Positions 1 through 12,182 of a stretch of DNA of 64,000 bases are shown here, piece after piece; position 1 is the stretch's first letter; the number at the start of each line of letters is the position of its first letter. The DNA is from Kiritimatiellia bacterium (GTDB taxonomy: Bacteria > Verrucomicrobiota > Kiritimatiellia > RFP12 > JBMNHG01): positions 760,654 to 824,653 of the forward strand of contig JBMNHG010000002.1 of assembly GCA_050950285.1 (NCBI GenBank). The letters run 5' to 3'. The position numbers and the translations under genes are program-made. The notes under the pieces were generated by a model. The model had not been told where the DNA came from. It ran no database searches and saw only the letters and a program-made list of their open reading frames with translations.

Positions 1-1
1 C

Positions 2-733
2 GAGCATGTGCGCATCGCCGATCGCGCGAACTCCAAGCCCAACCAGCTCTCCGGCGGACAACAGCAGCGCGTGGCCCTCGCCCGCGCCCTCGTGATCGAG
101 CCGAAATGCCTGCTCCTCGACGAGCCCCTCTCGAACCTCGACGCCAAGCTCCGCCTGGAGATGCGCATCGAAATCCGCCGCATCTGCAAGGAGGCCGGTC
201 TCACCGCGCTCTATGTCACGCACGACCAGAAGGAGGCCCTCGCCATCGCGGACCGGCTCGCGGTGATGCGCGACGGCGTCATCGAGCAGGTCGGGGGCCC
301 CGCGGAGGTCTATCGCACGCCGCGCAACCGTTTCGTCGCCGGCTTCATCGGCGAGGCGAACTTCCTCGAAGGGCATCTTCGCTCCCTCTCCGGCGACCGC
401 GCCGCGGTCGAGACCCCCATGGGCGTTTTCGAGACGCGCCCCCCCGCCACCTCCGTGGAATCCGGTTCCCCCGCCGCCGTGTGCGTGCGCCCCGAGGGCC
501 TGACCCTGCTTCCCGCCGACACGGGCCAGCAGGGCAACGTGCTCAAAGGACGCATCGTCCAATCGGTGTACCAAGGCGAAATCGCCCAGCACGTCGTGGC
601 CGTGGATGTCCCCGGCGGCGCGCCGCTGGAGCTCAAGGTGTGCGAACTCGCGCCCGTGGCCGGCTCCTCCGAACGCACCGGCGCCAGCGTGTCCCTCCAC
701 TTCGCCCCCGACCAGGCCATCGCGGTCTGCTAG
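2..733 (+). CDS. ABC transporter ATP-binding subunit, 5'-partial (PotA/FbpC/MalK-type with C-terminal TOBE-like domain)
   Basis: ABC signature [15 protein letters not shown], Walker [13 protein letters not shown]-loop YVTHDQ; C-terminal ~100 aa regulatory/TOBE-like extension; gene begins upstream of window. Confidence 0.8.
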   Translation, partial: EHVRIADRANSKPNQLSGGQQQRVALARALVIEPKCLLLDEPLSNLDAKLRLEMRIEIRRICKEAGLTALYVTHDQKEALAIADRLAVMRDGVIEQVGGPAEVYRTPRNRFVAGFIGEANFLEGHLRSLSGDRAAVETPMGVFETRPPATSVESGSPAAVCVRPEGLTLLPADTGQQGNVLKGRIVQSVYQGEIAQHVVAVDVPGGAPLELKVCELAPVAGSSERTGASVSLHFAPDQAIAVC

Positions 734-962
734 TACGTTGTTGCGCTTGTAACACAGCGAATAACACGTATTCCATTCCCAGGCCGCACGAATCGGCCCC
801 GTGTTCCTGTACCCGGTTGTCCCCCCCTGGATGGCGAAGGCATAGCGACATTCGCAAAGGATTCATGAAACCCAAGAGAGGTGAAGGTTCAACGGCTCTT
901 TTGGGGTTAAGCGCAAACGTCGCGAACGGTGCGGAGCCCGACCCAAGCGGACGGGCGGTCGG

Positions 963-1428
963 TCACGGGGCGGGGAACAGGAGGCGTTCCAGATTGGCAA
1001 GGCCGTGGCGGATGGGCACCAGGCGGATCCCGTCCTCCATCTCCTCGTGCTCTCCCCCATACAGCATGATCCTCCGGGCTTCGGGGTATTCCGTGGCGAA
1101 GGCCTTGAGGCCGTTGAAATCGCGGGAGCCCGGCGAGCGCTTCCGCTTGACCTCGATCGCCGTGAAGGAGTCCCTGGCATAGACGACAAAATCAACCTCC
1201 AGTCCCGTGGTCGGCCGCCAATGCATTGAAGGTACGCGCCTCCAGCAGGTCGACATACACCGCCTGCGGATAGAGCTTGTGCAGCCAGTAGGTCTTTCCG
1301 GTGCCCCTTGGCCCTAGCAGGAAGCATGAAACACCCGGACTGAAAGTGTAGTTTCTGGAGAACATAACTCCATTATGCATCGCTTTTTGGAGTTTACAAC
1401 TCCTGTTTTGAGACAGGAGGGACGACAT
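963..1428 (-). pseudogene. Remnant of AAA+ ATPase (DUF4143-family ATP-binding protein), internally deleted and frameshifted
   Basis: ORF 1192..1428 has P-loop LLGPRGTGKTYWL then a stop; overlapping ORF 963..1256 in another frame carries the typical C-terminal end (FTAIEVKRKRSPGSRDFNGLKAF...). Together ~130 aa versus ~380 aa for intact family members. Confidence 0.45.
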
Positions 1429-1666
1429 GACATAAGTCCCGGGAAGAAGGGTTGTCCGCCGAATGACGACAGGGCGGCATTTTCACCATTCGCCGTCCCG
1501 GCATCCTTCCGCATCATCAGCACGCCCCTTGTTTCACGGCATGTGGAAAAAAATTGCCGGAAAAATTACCGGGCCAAGCCGGGGATGCTTGACACCCCCA
1601 AAGGATTTTGCTACGTTTCCCTGACTTTCGGCGGACAAGACAACCGCCGTTCCTGATTCCTCCCTT

Positions 1667-1742
<76 letters not shown>

Positions 1743-2285
1743 TCAGGGGACAGGAAACCACGGACGACCCGCCCCATGCCGCATGGTGCGGGTTTTTCGT
1801 TTCGCGTGAAAACCCGGGAACCGTCTTCGTTTGGCACGGCGAAGGCGTCCCCGCCGCATGCGTGGACGCTTCTAACCCGGCCACAAATAGCGTTTCTCGC
1901 GGAGATTCAGGCATTGGGAGCTGGAATTTGGAGTTGGGAAAGGGGCATGGACATTCCTGTCCGTGTCACGGGTTGGAAAACCCATGCCCCTGTTTTGCAG
2001 TATGAATTGTGGCCGAGTTAGTAGTCCATTTCCGATTCCGGGAAACGCGGCGCGCCGCGTCTGCGCCGGGCCAGGGAACCCGTAGCGAAATCGGCGAGGG
2101 CGTAGAGCCCGGTCTATCCCATCGAGAACAAGGCGTCTTTCCCGCAAAGACGGTTTTGCTTGAAACCGTATCTGCAAAAAGGATGGCGGTGGCAGTAGGC
2201 AGTGAGCAGTGGGCAGCATCGACGATGTCCCTCCAACACCTGCTCCAAGCTTGCGGAAACAAGGGGTTCCTGTCACAATCGGCCC

Positions 2286-3752
2286 ATGCAGAACCAGGAC
2301 ACGAACAAGGGGAACGACGGGGTTCCGTCACAGGGACATCCCGCAACCCGCGAATCGAAACCTCCGTTGATCGAGCGGCTGCGCGACCGGCTTTGGGCGA
2401 TCGAGTGCGACGAGCTGCCCTGGTGGTTGCGGCAGCTCGTGAAACTCGCGCGGATCGTCTGCCTGGTGATCAACGGCTTCCTCCAGGACGAGTGCGCGGT
2501 GCGCGCTTCCGGACTGGCCTACTACACGATGATTTCCCTGGTGCCCGTGCTCGTGATCGCGCTGGCGCTCGCACGGCTCTTCGGCGGCGAGAGCATCGCC
2601 CGCGACGCCATCCTCCGGCAGATCGACCTCTGGGCGGCGCAGTCCACCACCACGGCGACCTCCCCCGAATCCACGGCGGCCTTCCTCTCGCTCGTGGAGC
2701 GAATCAAAACGATCCTCGACACCATCTTCGTCCGCATCGGGGAGATTCGGTTCGGCACGCTGGGCGGCATCGGCCTCGTGTTGTTGCTGTGGTCGGCCGT
2801 CGAGATGATGGCCCGCGTGGAGGCGAGCTTCAACCACATCTGGGGCGTCTCCGGACGCACGCTCTGGCGGCGCTTCGCGGATTATCTCACCGTGATGCTG
2901 ATTGTGCCGTTCCTCCTTTTGGCGGCGACCACCCTGCCGATGGTGGAATGGATCTCCACCAGCCCCTTCTTTGCGTCGGCCTGGAGCCTGACCGCCTTCA
3001 ACTTCTCCATCCACCTCCCGGAGCTGGGCACGGTGGTATCGATCCTGATGCTCACGGTCCTCTTCACCTTCATCCTCATCTTCATGCCGAACACGCGCGT
3101 GCGGTTGATTCCGGGAATCACGGGGGGGCTTGTCACCGCGATCGTCCTGATGGCGTGGCTGCACCTCTGCGCCGCGCTGCAAATCGGCGTCGCGAAATAC
3201 GGAAGGCTCTACGGGGGCTTCGCCGCCGCCCCGATCCTCCTGGCCTGGATCTACGTGAGCTGGGAGATCGTCCTCCTCGGCGAGGAGGTGGCGTTCGCCG
3301 TGCAGAACGTGCGGACCTATGGGCTGGAGGACGGCGGACGCCACGCCAGCGCCAGGGCTCGCGCCGCCCTCGCGCTGGAAATCGCCACCGCGATGGCGCA
3401 CGCCTTCTCCGGCGGCGTGCTGCCCTTCGATCCCGAAGAGTTCGCCGCGCGCCGCCGGATTTCCATCCGCTACCTGAACGAAGTGGTGGACGCCCTCGTC
3501 CGCGCCGGCATCGCGGCCGAACTCGCCGGGGGGCGCCAACGGCGCCACGTGCTCCTGCGCTCGCCGGAACGGGTGACCGTCCAGGAGGTGCTTTCCGCCG
3601 TGATCGACCAGGGGATCTCCCACGAAAAGGTCGGCCTCCATTCCCTCGCCCCCGGCGTGGAGAAGTGGATCCAGCAATTCCTCTCCGACGCGGACGCCCA
3701 CCTCTCCGCCACCCTCGCGGATCTGCTTGAAGCGCCGCGCGCAGACCCCTAG
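2286..3752 (+). CDS. yihY: YihY/BrkB (RNase BN-like) family inner-membrane protein with C-terminal extension
   Basis: Multi-TM protein with YihY-like conserved blocks (ISLVPVLVIALAL, FNHIWGV, YGGFAAAPILLAWIYVSW); ATG at 2286 chosen inside ORF 2202..3752. Confidence 0.7.
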   Translation: MQNQDTNKGNDGVPSQGHPATRESKPPLIERLRDRLWAIECDELPWWLRQLVKLARIVCLVINGFLQDECAVRASGLAYYTMISLVPVLVIALALARLFGGESIARDAILRQIDLWAAQSTTTATSPESTAAFLSLVERIKTILDTIFVRIGEIRFGTLGGIGLVLLLWSAVEMMARVEASFNHIWGVSGRTLWRRFADYLTVMLIVPFLLLAATTLPMVEWISTSPFFASAWSLTAFNFSIHLPELGTVVSILMLTVLFTFILIFMPNTRVRLIPGITGGLVTAIVLMAWLHLCAALQIGVAKYGRLYGGFAAAPILLAWIYVSWEIVLLGEEVAFAVQNVRTYGLEDGGRHASARARAALALEIATAMAHAFSGGVLPFDPEEFAARRRISIRYLNEVVDALVRAGIAAELAGGRQRRHVLLRSPERVTVQEVLSAVIDQGISHEKVGLHSLAPGVEKWIQQFLSDADAHLSATLADLLEAPRADP

Positions 3753-3767
3753 CCTCCCTCCCCGTCC

Positions 3768-5708
3768 ATGACCGACTTCGAGCGCCTTCTCAATCCCGAG
3801 CAGTTCGACGCCGCCACTTCCGGCGACGGGCCTCTTCTCGTGCTCGCCGCCGCAGGCACCGGCAAGACGCGCACGCTCGTCTTCCGTGTCGCCTACCTCC
3901 TCGAGAAGGGCGTTTCCCCGTGGAACCTCCTGCTCCTCACCTTCACCAACCGCGCCGCGCGCGAGATGCTCGACCGCGCGGAACAGGTTGCCGGGCCGAT
4001 GGCCCGGAACGTCTGGGGCGGCACCTTCCACCATGTCTGCCACCGCCTCCTGCGCCGCCACGCCTCGTACCTGGGCTATCCGGACAACTTCTCCATCCTC
4101 GACCGCGAAGACTCCCGCTGTCTCGTCGGTACCTGCATGAAGCAGCTCAACCTCCAGGGCAAGGACTTCCCCAAGCGCGACGTCATCGCCTCCATCATCG
4201 GGCTCGCCGTCAACCGCCAGCTCCCCGTGGAAGAGGTCGTTGCCGGCCGCCTCGACAGCCTCTCCGTCGACCCCGCGGACATCGTGCGCGTCTGCCGCGC
4301 CTACGAGGAGGCCAAGCTCAAGGGCGGGTACATGGATTTCGACGATCTCCTCGTGAACGGGCTCCGCCTCCTCGAGGAGGTCCCCGACGTGCGCGAGCGC
4401 TACCAGGGCCAGTTCCAGCACGTGCTCGTGGACGAATACCAGGACACCAATCTCCTCCAGGCCCGTTTCGTGGACCTCATCGGCGCCCGCCACCGCAACG
4501 TGATGGTCGTGGGCGACGATTTCCAGTGCATCTACTCCTGGCGCGGCGCGAACTTCCGCAACATCATGGACTTCCCGAAGCGCTATCCGGACGCCCGCAT
4601 CGTCAAGCTCGAACGCAACTACCGCTCGACCCCCGAGGTGCTCGAGGTGGCCAACGCCTGCATCGCCGGGAACCCCGACCAGTTCCAAAAGACCCTCCGC
4701 CCCACCCGGCCCGCCAGCGGCAAGCCGCGAATCTGCTACCTGCGGGACGGCGAGGAGCAAGCCGACCTCGTGGTGGACGTCGTCCGGGACGCACTTTCCG
4801 AGGGCTACTCGCTCGGCGACATCGCCGTGCTCTACCGCGCCCACTTCCACTCCATCGAGCTCCAGATGGCGCTCTCCCGCGCCGGCGTCCCCTACCAGGT
4901 CGTCTCCGGCACGGGCGTCTTCGAACAGGCCCATTCCAAGGACGTGCTCGCCTTCCTGCGCGTGGCGGAAGGCCCGGCCGACCGCCTCTCCTTCGAGCGG
5001 CTGCTCGGCCTTCTCCATGGCCTCGGGCCGCGCGGCATCTCCGTTGCCTGGGAGAAGACGGGCGGCGCCTTCGACAGCCGCGACCCCGCATCCCGCGAGC
5101 GCCTGCTCGCGGCGCTCAAGCCCTCCGTGCGCTCCCAGTGGGCCGCTCTCGATGCGCTCCTCGGCGAATACCACGCCCTGGGCTGGTCGCACAACGGCGC
5201 CGAAGCCATCGGCCGTTTCACCAACGTCTTCTACGGCGCCTACCTCGAGCGCACCTTCGACAATCCGCAAATCCGCCTGGAGGACGTCCACGAACTCGGC
5301 ATGCAAATCGACCGCGCACCTTCCGTCCGCGACTTCCTGGACGAGGTGGCGCTCTGGTCGAACGTCGAGGCCGAATATGCCCGGCACGGCGAAGAACGCC
5401 GCCCGGCCCTCCGGCTCTCCACCATACACCAGGCCAAGGGTCTCGAATGGCCCATCGTGATCCTCCTCTGGGCCTGCGAAGGCATGTTCCCCTCCGGGAA
5501 GGCCACCGAAGAGTCCGACGACGATTCGGAGGAGCGCCGCCTCTTCTACGTGACCGTGACCCGGGCGAAGGACCACCTCCTCGTGCTCGCCCCCGAATGG
5601 CGCGAGTTGCGCAACGGCGGGACCTTCTACTGCAAGCCCTCGCGCTTCGTCACCGAAATCCCTTCGTCCCTCGTCCAGCCCGTCTACGGGCGCCGCAGGA
5701 TACGATAG
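3768..5708 (+). CDS. UvrD/Rep/PcrA-type superfamily-1 ATP-dependent DNA helicase
   Basis: Motif I AAAGTGKTRTL, motif II VLVDEYQDTN, NYRST, VTRAKDHLLV C-terminal helicase motifs; 646 aa. Confidence 0.85.
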   Translation: MTDFERLLNPEQFDAATSGDGPLLVLAAAGTGKTRTLVFRVAYLLEKGVSPWNLLLLTFTNRAAREMLDRAEQVAGPMARNVWGGTFHHVCHRLLRRHASYLGYPDNFSILDREDSRCLVGTCMKQLNLQGKDFPKRDVIASIIGLAVNRQLPVEEVVAGRLDSLSVDPADIVRVCRAYEEAKLKGGYMDFDDLLVNGLRLLEEVPDVRERYQGQFQHVLVDEYQDTNLLQARFVDLIGARHRNVMVVGDDFQCIYSWRGANFRNIMDFPKRYPDARIVKLERNYRSTPEVLEVANACIAGNPDQFQKTLRPTRPASGKPRICYLRDGEEQADLVVDVVRDALSEGYSLGDIAVLYRAHFHSIELQMALSRAGVPYQVVSGTGVFEQAHSKDVLAFLRVAEGPADRLSFERLLGLLHGLGPRGISVAWEKTGGAFDSRDPASRERLLAALKPSVRSQWAALDALLGEYHALGWSHNGAEAIGRFTNVFYGAYLERTFDNPQIRLEDVHELGMQIDRAPSVRDFLDEVALWSNVEAEYARHGEERRPALRLSTIHQAKGLEWPIVILLWACEGMFPSGKATEESDDDSEERRLFYVTVTRAKDHLLVLAPEWRELRNGGTFYCKPSRFVTEIPSSLVQPVYGRRRIR

Positions 5709-5898
5709 GGGGGCCTTCGAATCGATTTGCGCCCGAGCGGGGCGCACGAGGCGCAGGCTCGCCTCCAGTTCGTCGGGCAAGGCGCGGCGTCCCGCGTCGG
5801 AATCGTTCTCCCGAAGACGGAGATCCGCGTGATCGCCGAAACAACCGAAGGGAGCGGCGGAGGATGTCATGGATGCCGATGCCGGCCGTCGCGCTCCG

Positions 5899-8800
5899 TC
5901 AGCGGCCGCCGCCATGCTTCTCCTGGAGGGTGCGGAGAAGGTTGTCCAGCACCTCTTGACCCTCCTGGACGGCGGTGGAACGGAGGACGTCCGAGACGAG
6001 CTTCGAGATGCCGGCGCGAAGGGAATGCGTATCGATGCGAGGATGGCCCACCGTCCCGACAACCCCGACGCGGACGACCTTCCCCTCGACGTATTTCGCA
6101 TAGTCCTTGCCCACCGCCTCGGACACCGGGACCTCGATCGCGTAGTCGACGTCGCCCCCCAGCGTCACCGCGCCGCCGAACCGGATCGGGAATCGCCACA
6201 CGCGGAATTCGTGCGTCCCCGTGGAGACGCGCCCCTTCTCGCAGACGACGTCCACTTCCTGCCGATCGAGCACGAGGGTTCGGCCGGAAAGTTTCGCGAT
6301 TTCCAGCACGGTGCCGAGCTCCCCCGCCGGCGCAAGCTCCAGGTTCTTCCCCTCCAGATGCGCCTGGAAGGATGCCTGCTTGATGAGTTCCTTGTCCAAC
6401 GGGATGTCGAAGGGCATCAGCGAAAGGCTCATCGTGCCGCTCTGGATCCTGCATTGCGTCAGCAGCGGATTCACATAGCCCAGCAGGTCGCGAAGCATCG
6501 CCTGGGTGATGCCCACCTCGTCCAGCAGGAAAAGCCGGCGGGAGGAGCGGACGCGGCGGGGGGTTTCGGCGAAGACGACGTCGCACGCGACGTCCGCCTT
6601 CCCGCCGTTCACGGCGGGCGCGTAGCGAACGTGCGCGACGCCCTCCCCGAAGGTCGCCTCCACGTCGGCTGCCGCCGCTTGGAGCCCATAGGCATCCAGC
6701 GACGAGAGATGCGTGGCGCATTCGCCTTCCGCGCGGGCCAGGAAACCGGCGGTCCCGTCGCCGAGCGGGCCCGACACGCGGAAGGGGCGCGCCGAGCGGC
6801 CCGCGAAGGAGACCTTCCCGAGCCCCCCGTCCGCAAGGTACTTCGAGACACGCCCCCAGTCGATCGCGACATTGCCCGAGGCCGAGAGCATGCGCTCCCG
6901 CCCCGTTCCGGACAGCACGGCCTGCAGCGCGTCGCCGTCGCCCCACGAACTCTTCAGCGTCCCCCGGGAAACCTCCAGCGCCCCCTCTGCGGGCGTCCAG
7001 CCGAAATTCGCCGCGAGCCGGGCGGAAGGCTCCGTGAAGGGGGTCTTCAATCCGGACGCCTCGAAGCGGAACGAACGGATCGCCGCATCGACGCCGACAA
7101 GCACCTTCCCGGATTGCGCGAGAACGGAGATTCCAGGAAGGAGGCGCCCCTGGAGACGGGTCGTCTCCGGCATCCGGACCCAGGGTGAAGCCAGGGACAG
7201 CAGGCCCGCAAGGTCGAGATCGCCCTGGACCACCCCTCCCTTCACGCCCAGCGACGCCGGCGAGAACGCCTCCCCTCCCGTCGGCCAGGAGACGCGTTCG
7301 AACCGGCCCGAGACGACACCCGCCGGAACATGGATCCGAAGGGCGAGGTCCGCGAGCGCGTCGTGCGTTTCCGGCATCGTCCCGGAAACGTGGAGTTCGC
7401 CGGCATCCAGGCGGAAGGCGGGGGCATTGGAGACCGCGACCGAAAGCCCTTCGGCCTTCGCGGAAAGGGCGGCGGAGATGTCGCCGGCGGCGCGAAAGGC
7501 CAGGGAGCCATCGAAGCCGACGGAGCCCGCCATCTCGGGCAGGCCTTGGAAGACGCGCCCGCAGTCGCGCCGGAAGGCGGCGAGATCGAGAGAGCCGAGG
7601 AAACGCGCCCCGGCCGCGTCCCCCGCGCCGTCGAGGCGGCCGAACGAGGTGACGAGGCTCAGGCGGTCGATCGCGATCGGCGCATCCGCACCCTCCTCTC
7701 GCAGGGCGAACTCCACCGAAGGGGCGGACAGCTCGAAGGGATCGCCCTCGAACGCGAGCACCAGCGGCCCCGACACGGACGCCTTCCCCTGGAACAGCGT
7801 GGTCTCGCCGTCGGAGGAAAGGTCCAGGCCCGCGCCCAGCAGCCCCTGGCGGATCTCCACGCCTTCGCGCAATCCGGCCCACGCGCCGAAATCGCGGGCA
7901 AGGCCCGGGAGGCTCGCGTTGATGTTGGCCTGGAGATGTCCCGTCGGCAAGGCGCCGGCGGCCGAGGGGGACAGGTCTCCCGCCACGGAGGCGGAGACCC
8001 AGGGGGAGGCCAGCGCGCCGTCGGAGATCGCGAGGCGCCCGTCTCTCCAGGCGAAGGAAACGGAACACCGGGCGTCGGCCGCAGGGGCGGGGCTTCCGGC
8101 GACGTGGAGATCCGAAACGTCGATGGCGACGTCGGCGGAAACCGCTTCCGCGGAGTCGGCCTGGAATTCGCATCGCCCGGACAGGATGCCCGAATCGATT
8201 CGCGGCGCGCCGTTTTCCGCGGGGAGCAGCATCGAAAGCGCGGCGAGGTCCAACGACTCGACGAGCGCCGATCCGGAGCCCGCCCGGCTGTCTTCCAGGA
8301 TCCAGGCGAGGGGATCGGGGATGCGGGCGTCCGCCGAAAAGCGCCCGGACGGAGCGTCGTCCCGCAGGAGGGCGGCCGAAAGTTTCGCGGTGGCGGGCGA
8401 CCGGAGCGAAGGCAGGGCGACCTCGCACGCGATGCCCGTGAGCCGCACGGCGGTCGCGGAGGCGGCATCCGACACATGGAGGCTCCCCTGCTCCACCACG
8501 AGCGTGCCGGAGAGATCGGCCATGGGCAGTGAAACCGGGCCGTCGGCGGCGGGCGAAGACGGCGATCCGGGCGGGGGCTCCGCCGGGGAGGGAGCCGCAG
8601 GCGCGGGCGCAGCGGGCGCAGGGACCACGACGGATTCCAGGCGCAGGAATTCCGCGGCGGGCCGCGACACGGTCACCTTGCCGGCGCGGAGGCGGGAGAA
8701 GGGAAGCAGCCCCCAGAGGGACGCCTCCACCGTCGCCTCCGGCACCGCGACGAAGCCGCGGAGGGAGGGCGTCGCGATGTCGGCGCGCATGCCGTGCAGT

Positions 8801-9123
8801 TCCTGGGGCCCCGCCCAGCGGAGGCGCCAGGAGTCGGCGGAAAGCACGACGCCCTGCCCCTCGAGCGAACGGTTCGCACGGGCGAGGATCGACGCCCGCG
8901 CAGCGGGCAGCGAAAGGATTCGCGGCAGCAGGGCAATCGCCGCGGCCAGCGCCAGCAGGAGCCCGAACCCCACCGAACGGCGGCGGCGGCGGCGGCGGCG
9001 CGCGATGTCGCGGTCGATCGCCGCGACGCGGTCCGCGCCGGCGCCGATCAGGGGAGTCGGCGAGAGGGGGGGATGATTCGACGTGGCCATGTTCTCGGAG
9101 GATGTGGGCTTGGTTTCGGACAC
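5899..9123 (-). CDS. AsmA/TamB-like large envelope protein (translocation and assembly module-like)
   Basis: 1074 aa; N-terminal signal-anchor after an R-rich stretch, long Ala/Gly/Ser-rich beta-rich body, conserved C-terminal region resembling the AsmA/TamB DUF490 end. Confidence 0.5.
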   Translation of the reverse strand: MSETKPTSSENMATSNHPPLSPTPLIGAGADRVAAIDRDIARRRRRRRRSVGFGLLLALAAAIALLPRILSLPAARASILARANRSLEGQGVVLSADSWRLRWAGPQELHGMRADIATPSLRGFVAVPEATVEASLWGLLPFSRLRAGKVTVSRPAAEFLRLESVVVPAPAAPAPAAPSPAEPPPGSPSSPAADGPVSLPMADLSGTLVVEQGSLHVSDAASATAVRLTGIACEVALPSLRSPATAKLSAALLRDDAPSGRFSADARIPDPLAWILEDSRAGSGSALVESLDLAALSMLLPAENGAPRIDSGILSGRCEFQADSAEAVSADVAIDVSDLHVAGSPAPAADARCSVSFAWRDGRLAISDGALASPWVSASVAGDLSPSAAGALPTGHLQANINASLPGLARDFGAWAGLREGVEIRQGLLGAGLDLSSDGETTLFQGKASVSGPLVLAFEGDPFELSAPSVEFALREEGADAPIAIDRLSLVTSFGRLDGAGDAAGARFLGSLDLAAFRRDCGRVFQGLPEMAGSVGFDGSLAFRAAGDISAALSAKAEGLSVAVSNAPAFRLDAGELHVSGTMPETHDALADLALRIHVPAGVVSGRFERVSWPTGGEAFSPASLGVKGGVVQGDLDLAGLLSLASPWVRMPETTRLQGRLLPGISVLAQSGKVLVGVDAAIRSFRFEASGLKTPFTEPSARLAANFGWTPAEGALEVSRGTLKSSWGDGDALQAVLSGTGRERMLSASGNVAIDWGRVSKYLADGGLGKVSFAGRSARPFRVSGPLGDGTAGFLARAEGECATHLSSLDAYGLQAAAADVEATFGEGVAHVRYAPAVNGGKADVACDVVFAETPRRVRSSRRLFLLDEVGITQAMLRDLLGYVNPLLTQCRIQSGTMSLSLMPFDIPLDKELIKQASFQAHLEGKNLELAPAGELGTVLEIAKLSGRTLVLDRQEVDVVCEKGRVSTGTHEFRVWRFPIRFGGAVTLGGDVDYAIEVPVSEAVGKDYAKYVEGKVVRVGVVGTVGHPRIDTHSLRAGISKLVSDVLRSTAVQEGQEVLDNLLRTLQEKHGGGR

Positions 9124-9145
9124 GGGCGATTCCGGGGCGGATGGA

Positions 9146-10486
<1,341 letters not shown>

Positions 10487-10633
10487 GACTGGAACCTTTC
10501 TGGGGAATTCGGAACGCAGGAGCCTGCCTCCGCCATCGCCCGGCCTTTCGCCGGCCGCAACGGATTCAAGCCGGCTATATCGTACCATTCCCTGGCGAGA
10601 CGGGCAAACGAAAAGGAACGCCGGGCCCGGCCG

Positions 10634-10969
10634 TCATCGAAACGGATTTCCTGGCTGCGCGGGTGCGGATCCGAAACGATAGAGGCGCGCGGGATCGGCC
10701 AGGCGGCCGGCGGCGTCGAACGGCACGCCCTCGTTGCGCAGCAGCTCCAGCTTCCGCTGGATGGCCGGCCCCGTGCGCTGTCCCTGGAAGCCCCCGATCG
10801 TCCGGTCGGAGGCGATCACGCGATGGCAGGGCACCCCGGGCGCGAAGGGATTGTTCCGCAGGGCGCCGCCAACCGCCTGCGCCGAACCGCACCCGATCCG
10901 CCGTGCCAGAAGACCGTAGGTGGTGACGTACCCGCGCGGCACCTCGCGGAGCGCGTCATAGACACGCAT
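10634..10969 (-). CDS. ogt: methylated-DNA--protein-cysteine methyltransferase, stand-alone C-terminal domain type
   Basis: Active-site PCHRVI motif, HTH region GYVTTYGLLARRIG; ~111 aa from MRVYDAL. Confidence 0.8.
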   Translation of the reverse strand: MRVYDALREVPRGYVTTYGLLARRIGCGSAQAVGGALRNNPFAPGVPCHRVIASDRTIGGFQGQRTGPAIQRKLELLRNEGVPFDAAGRLADPARLYRFGSAPAQPGNPFR

Positions 10970-11174
10970 CTGGAACGCGCTTGCCCCTGCGCCTCGCGGC
11001 CCCGCATGCGGGGCGGGGGCGCCTGGGCGTCCTTCCGGGCAAGCCGGCGCCCGCCCCTCCCGTACGGTGTGTCTTGGTTTACCGGCGCAACGCATTCGGA
11101 ACCTCCGCAAAGGGCCATTCGCCTGCAACCCCGGCCCATCCTCGGCGAAGAAGAGGGTGCCGCGCGCAGTCCGA

Positions 11175-12152
11175 TCATCCCATCAGCCGGGCGACGTCGT
11201 CGGGCGAGACGACCAAGGGGGATTCGGGGATGGTTTCGAGGGTGAAGCGCGGCACGAGGTCGGCGGGGAGGAGTTCTTCGCCGGGGGCGGCCCATCCAAG
11301 GCTTCGGGCGAGGAAGCCGACGATTCGGGCGGCGGGGACGCCGGCCTGTCGGAAGGCGGAGAGACGGGTGTCGCCGTGGCGTTTGGCCAGCCGGCGTCCG
11401 TCGGGTCCGACCACGAGCGGGACGTGCAGGTACGCGGGAGAGGGAAGCCCCAGCGCCGCGTGCAGGAGGAGCTGCCGGTGCGTCGCGGGAAGGAGGTCGC
11501 CGCCGCGGACGACCTCCGTCACGCCCATGGCGGCGTCGTCCACGACCACGGCGAGCATGTATCCTGCGCCGGCGGGGTGGCGGGCCAGGACGAAGTCGCC
11601 GGTTTCGCGGGCGACGCACTGGCGCTGCGGGCCGCAAAGGAGGTCGATGAAACGGCCTGCCGCGTTGTCGGGCGCACGGAAGCGCCAGGCGGGGAGGCGG
11701 TCCGGGGGAAGGGCGGACCGGGCTTCCGCATAGGAGGCGAAACGTCCCCGGCAGGTTCCGGGATAGAAGAGGCCGTCCTCGGAGGCGTGGGGCGCGGACT
11801 GGCCGGCTTCGACGTCGCGGCGGGCGCAGATGCAGGGATAGACGAGGCCGGCGGCGCGGAGGCGTTCCAGCGCGGAGGCGTAGAGGTCGAGGCGCCGCGT
11901 TTGGACGTAGGGGCCATGGCCGCCTCCGATGTCGGGCCCTTCATCCCAGTCCAGGCCCATCCAGCGGAGGTCGTCGAGAATCTGCGCGGCGGAGCCGGGC
12001 TTGACCTTCGGGTGGTCGAGATCCTCGATGCGCAGGATCAAGCGTCCGCCGGAGGCACGGGCGCGAAGCCAGGCGACGAGGAACGACCGTGCATTGCCGA
12101 GGTGGAGGGCCCCGGTGGGGCTGGGGGCGAGTCTGCCAACGTATCCTGACAT
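11175..12152 (-). CDS. gluQ: tRNA glutamyl-Q(34) synthetase (GluQRS; truncated GluRS paralog)
   Basis: Class-I HIGH-like PSPTGALHLGNARSF, no anticodon-binding domain, 325 aa. Confidence 0.8.
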   Translation of the reverse strand: MSGYVGRLAPSPTGALHLGNARSFLVAWLRARASGGRLILRIEDLDHPKVKPGSAAQILDDLRWMGLDWDEGPDIGGGHGPYVQTRRLDLYASALERLRAAGLVYPCICARRDVEAGQSAPHASEDGLFYPGTCRGRFASYAEARSALPPDRLPAWRFRAPDNAAGRFIDLLCGPQRQCVARETGDFVLARHPAGAGYMLAVVVDDAAMGVTEVVRGGDLLPATHRQLLLHAALGLPSPAYLHVPLVVGPDGRRLAKRHGDTRLSAFRQAGVPAARIVGFLARSLGWAAPGEELLPADLVPRFTLETIPESPLVVSPDDVARLMG

Positions 12153-12182
12153 GGCACGGGCCTTGAACCGCCAGGCAAAAGG

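Noticed and set aside
1743-2285. Several short ORFs (1682..2005, 1698..2021, 1872..2276) between tRNA-Ala and yihY
   Set aside because: Overlapping each other in multiple frames, no motifs. Likely non-coding promoter/leader region.
2328-6101. 1257-aa minus-strand ORF spanning yihY and the UvrD-like gene
   Set aside because: Antisense shadow ORF typical of high-GC DNA. Both plus-strand genes have clear family motifs.
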